Assembly: GCA_963733055.1 (NCBI GenBank)
Contig: CAVTBR010000001.1
Span: 544,001 to 608,000, forward strand
Direction: 5' to 3'
Source: Candidatus Bathyarchaeota archaeon
GTDB taxonomy: Archaea > Thermoproteota > Bathyarchaeia > 40CM-2-53-6
Length of the DNA stretch: 64,000 nucleotides
Position 1 is the first letter of the stretch, and each line of letters starts with the position of its first letter. This document shows positions 31,166-40,900 of the stretch, piece after piece. Below the pieces are notes generated by a model that saw only the letters and a list, made by a program, of their open reading frames with translations, was not told the origin of the DNA and made no database searches. The position numbers and the translations under genes were made by a program.

Positions 31166-31438
31166 GTGGTTCATCCTCTCAAGAATGTTCTCAACCGACT
31201 TCGCTGGGATGCCGAGGAGAAACCTGAGGACTACATGATTACCTATCGGCATAGGGGTGCACCGGGGGACGTGAAGATTCTTCGTGCGTCGGGCATCAAG
31301 AGGCTGGGTAAATCTTACTTCACCATTCAAGAAGTTCCCGGGGCGGATGAAACTCTGATTCCCTTTCACAGAATCCTCGAAATCCGCAACACCATCGATG
31401 ACTCTATCATCTGGGTAAGCCGGAAAAGTCGGGGGTGA
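31166..31438 (+). CDS. MJ1316/DUF504 RNA cyclic-end recognition domain protein
   Basis: VLNRLRWD, YRHRGAP, IPFHRILEI. Confidence 0.85.
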   Translation: MVHPLKNVLNRLRWDAEEKPEDYMITYRHRGAPGDVKILRASGIKRLGKSYFTIQEVPGADETLIPFHRILEIRNTIDDSIIWVSRKSRG

Positions 31439-31578
31439 TGAAAGGAGAATTGTTAGCTGGCACATACTGCGGTTTTTGCGGCCGCCCTTTGGAAACCCCG
31501 CTCAAAACTTGCTCCAGGTGTGGAAACACTATGTGTGAAACTTGCTTGGATGAGCATCAGAAGACTTGTGCGAAGTAG
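31438..31578 (+). CDS. 46-aa zinc-finger microprotein (AN1/B-box-like)
   Basis: MKGELLAGTYCGFCGRPLETPLKTCSRCGNTMCETCLDEHQKTCAK. TGATG overlap with the upstream stop codon. Confidence 0.72.
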   Translation: MKGELLAGTYCGFCGRPLETPLKTCSRCGNTMCETCLDEHQKTCAK

Positions 31579-31708
31579 AGTTGGAATGGGATGAACGTTT
31601 TCAGTCACATGAATCTTGCACCATTTCGCAAGTGTGAGCGACTTGATGCTGTAGGGTTCAAACTAAACTAGAAATATCAGGGTTTCTTGATGCTGATCAC
31701 GATTCTCT

Positions 31709-34424
31709 GTGAAGGAAAACTTCGATTTTGTGAAGACACCAATCGATTCCCCTCAAGGCCGGGCCGAATATTTCAATCTCAAGAAATTGAAAGAGATAGG
31801 CTGCGATCTGGAAAAACTACCCTACTCGATTAGGGTTCTTCTTGAGAACACGCTTCGATCATCCGGGAAGGTTGCGAGCGCCAAGGAGACAGCGTATAGG
31901 CTGGCTGAGTGGCCGAAGACCATCGGCGAAGAATTGCCTTTCATGCCTTACCGTGTTCTTCTGCAGGACTACACCGGCGTCCCACTCATTGTTGATTTGG
32001 CGGCGATGCGAAGCGCATTTCGCGAGGAGGAAGCTGAATCCGAGAACTGTCAATTCGAAAGTTCCGGTCGATCTGATCATTGATCATTCGGTTCAGGTTG
32101 ATAGTTGGAGCACCCCGAATGCTCTGTCGATGAATTTGGAACGAGAGTATGAGAGAAATTCTGAACGGTATTCGCTCTTGAAGTGGGCCCAGTCATCATT
32201 TACCGGCATGAGAATCTTCCCCCCAGGCAAAGGAATCTGCCATCAGGTTAACTTGGAGTATTTGGCGAAAGTAGTTTCCCTTCACGAATCCGACGGAACC
32301 TTAGCCGCGTTCCCCGACACATTGGTTGGAACTGATTCGCATACGACGATGGTTAACGGAGTTGGAGTGTTGGGCTGGGGCGTTGGTGGAATAGAGGCCG
32401 AGGCCGTAATGTTAGGTGAGCCATACTACATGCCCATCCCGAAAGTTATTGGCGTCAAACTTACAGGCCAACTTCCCGAAGGCGCAACTCCAACCGACCT
32501 GGTACTAACGGTCACAGAGGCTCTGCGAAAAGAGGACCCGGTAGGAGCGTTCGTTGAATACTTCGGTGACGCATACCGCGACTTGAGTGTCCCTGACCGG
32601 GCGACATTGGGAAACATGTCCCCCGAGTACGGTGCTACTGTCGGTTTCTCGCCGGTGGATGAACAAACAATCGCCTACCTAACCAACACCGGGAGAGGAA
32701 GCGACCACACGAAATTCGTGAAAGAGTATTGCCGGAGTCAGGGGCTCTTTTTGGAGGAGAATAGCTCGGAGGCGAACTACTCGAAAATTATCACAATCGA
32801 CCTAAGCAAGATTGAACCGTCGATCGCGGGTCCGAGGAACCCGGACGAAAGGGTTCCCCTCAAATCTGCCCCAACTCTAATCGCGACCGTTCTTGAACAG
32901 TACAAGAGAACCGGCCCTCCACCGCCTACCGCCGGTAAGATCGCTGATGACGGATACCAACTCAGTCTCCTCCACAATACGCCTAAGGGAAATGGAACAC
33001 CGAACCCCAGTCAGTTGAGTGATGGCTCGATTGTTATCGCCGCAATAACGAGCTGCACAAACACCTCCAACCCCACAGTCATGGTCGGCGCCGGCCTGAT
33101 GGCAAGGAAGGCAGTTCAACTGGGGCTCAGTCCGAAGGGTTTCGTTAAGAGAAGCCTCGCACCCGGCTCGAAAGTTGTCACAGATTACCTATCAAAATCC
33201 GGATTACTCAAAGACCTCGATAAGCTTGGATTCAACATAGTTGGTTACGGATGCACTACGTGCATTGGGAACAGTGGTCCCCTAGCCCCTGAAATTGAGA
33301 AACAGATTCGGGACAGAAACTTGTACGCTGTTGCGGTGTTGAGTGGCAACAGAAACTTTGATGGACGCATCCACCCCCTCGCCAAAGCATCCTTCCTCAT
33401 GTCGCCCATGCTAGTGGTCGCCTACGCCTTGGTCGGCAGAATTGATTTTGATTTCTACAAAGAACCCATGGGCACAGGCAAGGATGGGAGAGAGATATTT
33501 CTAAAAGATATTTGGCCTACGATGAGAGAGATTCGGGAAACAATCTCTAACTCACTCTCACCAGAATTTTATAAGGGAACCTACGGCGCAGCCCTCGTGG
33601 GTGACGAGAAGTGGAATGCGCTTCAATCACCCACAGGCGATGCGTACGTCTGGGATCCGAAATCAACCTACATCCGCGAACCACCATGGTTCGTGAACGA
33701 AAAGGAAATGGTTGCGGACATTTCCAAGGCCCGCGTGCTCGCAATCTTCGAAGATAAGGTCACAACTGATCACATATCACCCGCTGGGACGATTCCGCCC
33801 GATAGCCCCGCAGGGCTTTACTTACAACAGAATGGCGTTCCCAGAACTATGTTCAGCAGTTATGGTAGCAGGAGGGGGAACCATGAGGTTATGGTGCGGG
33901 GTGGGTTCGCGAACATACGTCTGAAGAACATACTCGCTCAGGGGAAAGAGGGCGGGTGGACTGTGCATCAGCCTTCGGGGGAAGTGATGACGATTTACGA
34001 CGCAGCCGCACGCTACATCGCCGAGCAGACCCCGCTCCTAATTCTGGCAGGGAAACAGTATGGGGCGGGTAGCTCTAGGGATTGGGCTGCAAAGGCCGCG
34101 AAGCTGTTGGGTGTGAGGGCGGTGATCGCGGAGAGCTTCGAAAGAATCCACCGCAGCAACCTCGTCGCAATGGGCGTACTACCACTCGAATTCAAAAAAG
34201 GCGAAAGCTGGAAAACGCTAGGGCTCCAAGGAGACGAAGTCTACGAGGTGAAGGGCGTTAGCGAAATCAAGGGATCGAAAACACAGTTAACGGTGAACGC
34301 TAAGGAGAAAACTAAGCAGTCGAGCTTCGAAGTCACAGCCAGGCTGGACAATCAGGTCGAGGTGCAATACTATCGGGACGGCGGAGTGCTTCCGTACGTC
34401 TTCGGGAAACTCGCACCGGCATAA
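31709..34424 (+). CDS. acnA: Aconitate hydratase A (extra T at 32018-32020)
   Basis: LPYSIRVLLEN, RVLLQDYTGVP, DHSVQVD, GTDSHT, SCTNTSNP, GYGCTTCIGNSG, TTDHISPAG, GSSRDWAAK. Confidence 0.94.
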
Positions 34425-34479
34425 CTTCTGGATTAGCTGAAGGCCGGGAGAACGAAGAGATCTGCCTAGTAGATGTGAG

Positions 34480-34908
34480 TTATCTTGTAAGCGCGAGGGC
34501 GATGGATAGGGAGAAGAATAGGGTTGCGAGAGTAGAATTTACGAGATACCATCTCGGCACCCAACGTTCTCTTATATGGTATCCCCCGCCCCACGACGTC
34601 CAGTCTTCTGGTTTAGGCCAGGTTCCGGCGAAATGGTACCAGGAAATGTCCTCCCCGAGTGGCACCATTATCCACAGCCCGAAGCTGAGGCATACTCCGA
34701 GGAGGTTGGGTTCGAATACGAGAACGGATAAGGGTAATGCTGAGAAGAGGCCGAACATTATGAGGTGGTACTTGGCGAAGTGGTGGAAGAATCTTAGGCG
34801 TAGATGGTCGGCGGGAGGTATGAACCCGTGCTCGATGAAACCATAGATGTAAGCGAACAGGAAACCGAGTAAGATTACTGCAACTGCCTTTACCGCCGTC
34901 ACAATCAT
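34480..34908 (-). CDS. Hypothetical membrane protein
   Basis: Four hydrophobic segments with an EDISWY motif. Confidence 0.6.
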   Translation of the reverse strand: MIVTAVKAVAVILLGFLFAYIYGFIEHGFIPPADHLRLRFFHHFAKYHLIMFGLFSALPLSVLVFEPNLLGVCLSFGLWIMVPLGEDISWYHFAGTWPKPEDWTSWGGGYHIRERWVPRWYLVNSTLATLFFSLSIALALTR

Positions 34909-34969
34909 ATCGGATTCCTCACCGACGTGGTTCGATGGCCGGTATTTTATTTCTACGTTGAACGCCGGG

Positions 34970-36031
34970 CTAAGGTTTCAACGCGATTCCATTCACCGCT
35001 ATTCTGCCGGGATGGTGCCATTCCCCTTCGACCTCGAATTTGATTTCGGCGATCATCTCGGCGACCTTAATGTTGGTTAGGGTGTGCATTGTGATTTCTG
35101 AAACTTGAATTGTCGACCGGCCCTCGGCGACTGCCATGTAGGGGATTAGGATGTCACCCATATGCCGATCCACGGGCGCTTTCGAAGCTAATTCCGTAAT
35201 CAATTTGGTTGCGGCCTCCTCCCCCACCGCTTCCGCCGGTTTACCCTTTTCTCCCAAGCTATCCGAACCCACTATCGCTCCGTTACCGAATTTCGCCAAT
35301 AACGTAACCCCGCTTCCAGGTGCAATATGCGGATCTTGGTTGGGGAGGTAGGTTTCGTTGGCAATATTCACCTGGGTGAAACCTTCTGAATTCAGTCTTT
35401 CCTTCGCGGCGTTCGTTTGTCTTTGGGCTACGTGGCTTGAGAGTCGGACGCAGTGGCTGATTCCCTCGATTCCCAACAGCTCTCCTCTTTCTATGAAGTT
35501 GGTGGCTTTGAGGGTTCGGGGTGGGTCTATGAAAATGGTTGCGTGGCCCCCACCTTTCGGATAGTGACCTCGGCGATCTACTTGGATGGTTGCCTGGTAC
35601 CCCATGTGTTGTAGTAGGGGGAGTTGGATTAGGCGAACGTAGTCTATGGTTGGGCTCCACCGCACATCCGTTCCACCCGTCAGGTCTAAGCTCACCCGGG
35701 TGGGTGCGTAGGCGGCCGCGGGCATGAGCGCTTGCAAAATCAACGGAATGCTACCGGCCGTGCCCACATCAAAACTCAACCGGCCCCCAACGTAACCCTG
35801 GGGGTTGAAGGTTAGTTCCCGTGAACCCGGGGTTAGGCCCATGGTTTCGGCGTTGCAAATGGCGGCGACGGCTTTCACGGCGACAACGTGCTGAGCCTGC
35901 AGGCCGGGGTTGGGGCGCTTGTCGCGGATCTTGGTGAGTTTGACGGGTTTTCCGGTGAGGGCGGATAGGGCTATGGTGGTTCGAACAATCTGGCCCCCAC
36001 CCTCCAACAGATCTCCGGATATTTCGAGCAT
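34970..36031 (-). CDS. rtcA: RNA 3'-terminal phosphate cyclase
   Basis: EGGGQIVRT, RPNPGLQAQH, TAGSI, GGTDV, RRGHYPKGGG, catalytic DRHMGD. Start placed at MLEISGD. Confidence 0.93.
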   Translation of the reverse strand: MLEISGDLLEGGGQIVRTTIALSALTGKPVKLTKIRDKRPNPGLQAQHVVAVKAVAAICNAETMGLTPGSRELTFNPQGYVGGRLSFDVGTAGSIPLILQALMPAAAYAPTRVSLDLTGGTDVRWSPTIDYVRLIQLPLLQHMGYQATIQVDRRGHYPKGGGHATIFIDPPRTLKATNFIERGELLGIEGISHCVRLSSHVAQRQTNAAKERLNSEGFTQVNIANETYLPNQDPHIAPGSGVTLLAKFGNGAIVGSDSLGEKGKPAEAVGEEAATKLITELASKAPVDRHMGDILIPYMAVAEGRSTIQVSEITMHTLTNIKVAEMIAEIKFEVEGEWHHPGRIAVNGIALKP

Positions 36032-36252
36032 GGTTGCCGTGGGGGGCGGATGGTTTGGGGGTTTGTATTGTTTGTGCGTGAGCGCATGGGGGAGAGCGAT
36101 TGCTGTTTTTCCACTAGGTGGAAAGGGGGCTGTTGCGACTGGTGGGGGTGGGGGGGTGTAGTTTTCTGGGGCAAACATGTTACTGTGCAGAGAGTGTTCG
36201 CGTCTTCAGGGTTTGGATTCTTAACGGCATCGAGATGAATAATGTGGCGAAG

Positions 36253-36420
36253 TTATTTTTCGACGGCTACGTCTATGTAGGTTTCAGCATCGTAAAGGAT
36301 TCCCTCTAACCCTCTGTGTCGACCGCTCTTCATGACGAGCCTCGGTTGGGACATTTTTCTGGCGAGGTAGATTATTCGTTTGCCCACGATGCCATCTCCC
36401 TCACCGATGAGAGTTGTCAT
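36253..36420 (-). CDS. Putative 55-aa protein coupled to the RHH gene
   Basis: MTTLIGEGDGIVGKRIIYLARKMSQPRLVMKSGRHRGLEGILYDAETYIDVAVEK. ATGA overlap with the upstream stop codon. Confidence 0.45.
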   Translation of the reverse strand: MTTLIGEGDGIVGKRIIYLARKMSQPRLVMKSGRHRGLEGILYDAETYIDVAVEK

Positions 36421-36770
36421 GAGGTCTCGCCTTTTGACTTGTGAATCTTGCCGGAATCAATCATGCGTTTGATTGCTTCTAGAGTTGTGCGGAGATCCAG
36501 GCCGAGTTCTTCAGCTATTTCGGAAGCAAAGTGTGAGCCTGGGTGCTTGGTTAGGTAGCCGTCGATAAGTTTCTCGGCGTGGGGACGCGAGGTGTCGCGA
36601 AGGGCGATTGGTTCGGCTTCTCTCAACTTGTCCCTTACCGCTTCCCTGGCGAAGTCGGCTGCGCTTCTGAAGATGCCGGCGTCAATCATTTCTTCTATTC
36701 TTCCATACTCTGATTGTGTGAGCCTCACCGCGATCTGGTAGGCTTGCTCCGTTCTAGACATAGTAGTCAC
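36417..36770 (-). CDS. CopG/Arc ribbon-helix-helix plus winged-HTH regulator
   Basis: QIAVRLT...IDAGIFRSAADFAREAVRDKL (RHH) and FASEIAEELGLDLRTT (HTH). Confidence 0.78.
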   Translation of the reverse strand: MTTMSRTEQAYQIAVRLTQSEYGRIEEMIDAGIFRSAADFAREAVRDKLREAEPIALRDTSRPHAEKLIDGYLTKHPGSHFASEIAEELGLDLRTTLEAIKRMIDSGKIHKSKGETS

Positions 36771-36808
36771 GCGTTGATTGTGCTACCAGGCGGTATATAT
36801 CTGTACCG
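36763..36808 (-). promoter_or_regulatory. TATA box with overlapping inverted repeats (candidate autoregulatory operator)
   Basis: TATATA at 36794-36799 lies inside CGGTA-N8-TACCG. An imperfect GTAG.CAC..GTGCTAC palindrome covers the start region. Confidence 0.4.
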
Positions 36809-36865
36809 TGGAAAAGGTGGCGGGTAGATGGGGGGGTTGCGGCCGTTGGGGGGCCGCGTGTTGTT

Positions 36866-37951
36866 TTATGGGTATGTTCGGGTGGTGCGGTGGATGAGTT
36901 GGGTTAGGTTCGCAGGGTTGACGGTTGGTAGTTGTATGTAGGTTAGGGCGCGGGTGCCGGTTAGGGTTGCGAGGCTGAGGGTTGAGAGGATGAGGTTGGT
37001 TGTTGCGAACGCGAGTAGGTTCAATGAGCCGGTTGCGTAGGCGGCGACGATCATTATTGTGCTGGCGGTGAGCCAGAGGGTTGAGGGGGTGAGGGTTAGG
37101 TGTGTTAGGTTGCGGCGTTTGATTAGTCGGGTTGTGATGTATGCGACTGGGGCGACGTATACGAGGCCGATTAGGGAGGCGGCGACTAGGCCGGCGGTTA
37201 TGGCGGCGGCTTCGGTGCTGATTGGGGCTATGAAGCCGTATGTGTAGTAGGAGGCGTATAGTATGCCGAGTAGTGGGATGACTGTGGTTTGGATGGCGGT
37301 GTATGCGTAGGGGTTTGTTGCGGCGGAGTAAGTGGCCGACGGGGCCCAGCTGTAGTACCAGGCGTTGAAGGTGGTTAGGAAGGTGCGGCCGGCGGTTGTG
37401 TTCTCGATTTGGTTGTTGCGGAAGTTGCGGAGGAATTGGGCGTAGGGTTGAAGCCTGTTACCGTTGGTCACGTAGCTGACCGGGCAGTTCGTCGTGCCCG
37501 TCACACCTTTCTGGGTTACGAGATTTGTGTAGGTGGCGGTGCTGGTTGAGGTGGAGGAGACGGTGGAGATGGCGGTGTTGCTGCTGGTTTGTGTGCGGGT
37601 GTAGATTGTGGAGTAGCTTGTGGTGGTTAGGGTCGTGCTGATGGTGCTGGTGTAACTGAAGAACGTGGAGGTGGTGGTGGCGGTTGTTGAAGTTGTTGAG
37701 CTGGATATGCTGGTGGATACTGTCGTGCTCGTAGATGATACTGTTGAGACACTGGTGCCAGTGTATTGGTAGCTGGTAGTGGAGCTTAGGGGAGGAGTCG
37801 AGACACAGCCGTTGATGCCGCAAGTTCCCGTAGCCACCGCTAAGTTCGCGGGGGAGCTAGTAGCCATCAAGGCGGCTAGGATGCCGACCATGAGTAGTAG
37901 GGCGACGGCTAGGGTTCGAGGATTCAATCTGCTCATCTTGTCAGGTTTCAT
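36866..37951 (-). CDS. Thr/Ser-rich surface protein with CFI-box-CTERM-like domain and C-terminal TM bundle
   Basis: Signal peptide, CGINGC, Pro-free T/S tract, CPVSYVTNG...FLRNFRN...TAGRTFLTTFNAWYYSWAP, four TM helices. ATG 37951 overlaps the upstream TGA. Confidence 0.75.
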   Translation of the reverse strand: MKPDKMSRLNPRTLAVALLLMVGILAALMATSSPANLAVATGTCGINGCVSTPPLSSTTSYQYTGTSVSTVSSTSTTVSTSISSSTTSTTATTTSTFFSYTSTISTTLTTTSYSTIYTRTQTSSNTAISTVSSTSTSTATYTNLVTQKGVTGTTNCPVSYVTNGNRLQPYAQFLRNFRNNQIENTTAGRTFLTTFNAWYYSWAPSATYSAATNPYAYTAIQTTVIPLLGILYASYYTYGFIAPISTEAAAITAGLVAASLIGLVYVAPVAYITTRLIKRRNLTHLTLTPSTLWLTASTIMIVAAYATGSLNLLAFATTNLILSTLSLATLTGTRALTYIQLPTVNPANLTQLIHRTTRTYP

Positions 37952-40900
37952 GTGAACAACCTCCTGAGTAACATCGGGATTAGTAACAGTAACGCCGCCA
38001 AGAGGCCGGTGCCGTCGATGCCGGGGACGGGGTTGAATGGTGTGGGTTGAGTTTGGAAGCCACAGGGCAGAGGCCCGCATGGCACGGTTGTGAATTGGGT
38101 TGTTGTGGAGTAAGTGACCGTGGTTTGCGTGTTGGTTGTAGAGCTGGTTGAGGTTATGACGGTGGTGGTCTGGCCGGAGACGGTGCTGACGGTGAAGTGG
38201 GTGTAGGTTGTGAAGAATATGCCCGTTGTACTGACGGTTGTGGATGAGAAGCTGAAGGTCGTGGCGACACTGGTTGTTGTAGAGCTCTGGGAGGTGGTTG
38301 TGGTAGCTGAACTTGTTGTTGTGCTGTACGTTGTGATTGTGCTTGCGAGGGTGACGCCGAGGAAGTTGGAAGCGAAGTCAAGGCTAGTGCCAGTGCAGGT
38401 TGGGGGACTGGAAGTTGTCTGTGCAGTGGGTGGGGTGCTGCACGCGGTTACCGTGATCAGGTAATAGCCCCCAGGCGCGTTGGGAGCCACATTGAACGCC
38501 CCAGCAACGTATCCGCTACCGATGGTACAGGTTACGGGATGGGTTAAGTCGAATAACGCGCCTGAGTTTGCGTCTATAGTGCAGTACCTGTCCTGCGGGT
38601 TGAAGCCGGCACCTGCAACCCCTACCGCCAGACCCTGTTCTACGCTGGCAGGATTCAATTGTATCAGGGCGGATGGTGAGCCTACTGTGAAGACGGCGGA
38701 CGCATTCGAACCCGTGTTATCTCCGACCTCGATGGCGTATGTGCCCGCAATAGCTGTTGAGGGTACGACGACGGAGCCCGAGACTTGGCCGAAGGGGTCA
38801 AGGGCGCAGCTCGGCTTGACTGTGGAGGCGTTGAATGATGGGATTACGGTGGCATTGCAGCGGGTGGCGTCCGACTCGAAACCTGTGCCGGTGTAGGTGA
38901 AGACTGAGTTGATTGTTCCGGATGTTGGGACGACGGTTATTTGGGCGGTTACGCCGAACGGTGCACCGATCGGGTGGCCTGGTGAGGCGGATAGGAGGTC
39001 GCTTGCGGGTGTTCCCTTTACGGTCACGTTCCAGTGAATGTCTTCAGTGGCGTACGGGCTGACCACGAAGGTGCCTTGTGCGGTCTGCGGGGCAGTGATG
39101 GAGCAGGTTGGGGAAGTTATCAGCGTATTATCCTGATCCGCCGGAGTAATGTCACCCTTGTAAGCTAAGATAATGCATCCCGTATCTGACGTCGACAGAC
39201 CATACGCCCTCACTACAACCGTCGCACCAGTAGTAGCGTTGGTTGGATAGAGATCGATTTCGGACACACCAGGGATGACGGTCAGAACGGCTTGAGCAAA
39301 GTCTCCCACGCTTGGAGCGCACCCATTGTTGCCGTTGCAACCCGTGATTTCAATCACATACTGACCCGGCGCAACCGCCGCGATGATGAAGCTGGCGTTA
39401 ACGTTGCCCGTTCCGACGGTGATAGCGCACCCAGACGATCCCGGAAGGATCGGGTTGGGAAGGCTGGGGCTGCTGACCGAGCATGACTGGTCCGTTGGGA
39501 GGAACCCAGTACCATTAACCACAATCTCCGACCCAATCACACCCGAAAGGGGCCTCAAGGAAATCTTAGGCCCACCCACAACTTTGAGATTGGCTTGCGC
39601 GAAGTCGCCGATGCTCGGAGCGCAGCCGTTGTTTCCGAGACAACCCGTAATCTCGATTACGTATTGCCCCGGGAGTACGTTTCCAATCGTGAAACTACCG
39701 TTAACGAGCCCAGTACCGACGCGAATAGTGCAGCTCGCTGAACCGGGCAAGATTGCGCCATGACCATTCGAGTCAAGCCCGACGGTTGAGACAGTGCAAC
39801 TTGTATCGGTGGGGAGGAAGCCAGTACCGTTGACTATGACATCCGTACCAGGCGAACCAGTCGACGGCCTCAAACTAATGCTAGGACCACCCACCACATT
39901 CAACACCGCCTGCGCAAAATCACCGACGCTTGGAGTGCATCCGTTGTTGCCGAGGCATCCAGTAATCTCGATTACGTATTGGCCGGGGAGCACATTACCG
40001 ATCGTGAAACTACCGTTAACGAGCCCTGTACCAACCCTTATGGCACAACCCGCGGAACCCGGCACAATTGCACTATGGCCGTTGGCGTCAAGCCCAACAG
40101 TTGAGATAGTACAGCTCGTGTCTGTGGGCAGGAACCCAGTACCATTAACGAGAACATGCGCACCCGGTGGACCAGACGACGGCCTCAAACCAATGTTAGG
40201 ACCGCCTACCACGTTGAGGATAGCTTGCGCGAAGTCGCCCGCGCTTGGAACGCAGCCATTGTTTCCGAGACAACCCGTAACCTCGATAATGTATTGTCCG
40301 GGGAGTACGTTTCCAACCGTGAAGCTTGCATTAACGACTCCGCTACCAACAGCTATTGCACAACCCGCCGTACCGCCCAAGATTGGGCCATGCCCATTAG
40401 CGTCAAGCCCGACGGCTGAAACACTGCAACTCGTATCTGTGGGCAGGAACCCAGTACCATTAATCTGAATATGCGCGCCAGGCTGACCGGTCGACGGCCT
40501 CACGCTAATCCTTGGCCCATTCACTACGTTCAATACTGCTTGTGCGAAATCACCAACGCTTGGAGCGCAGCCGTTGTTGCCTTGGCAGCCTGTAACCTCA
40601 ATCACATACTGTCCGGGGAGAACGTTTCCGATTGTGAAGCTACCATTGACGGCTCCACTACCAACGCTTATTGCACAACCCGCAGTGCCCCCCAAGATTG
40701 GGCTATGACCATTGGCGTCAAGCCCCACAGCCGAGATAGTACAACTACTGTCGGTGGGCAGGAACCCAGTACCATTAACGAGAACATGCGCACCCGGTTG
40801 ACCAGACGACGGCTTTAAGCTAATTATTGGACCACCTAACACATTCAAGACTGCTTGCGCGAAATCGCCGGCGCTTGGAGTGCAGCCGTTATTCCCAAGA

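Noticed and set aside
36032-36178. Pro-rich N-terminal extension of RtcA
   Set aside because: Low-complexity C/A tract that is open by chance. Homology begins at MLEISGD (36031).
36000-38400. Strong G/T skew on the plus strand as an origin or special DNA structure
   Set aside because: Mostly explained by ACN-rich Thr codons on the minus strand. No ORB repeats or cdc6 nearby.
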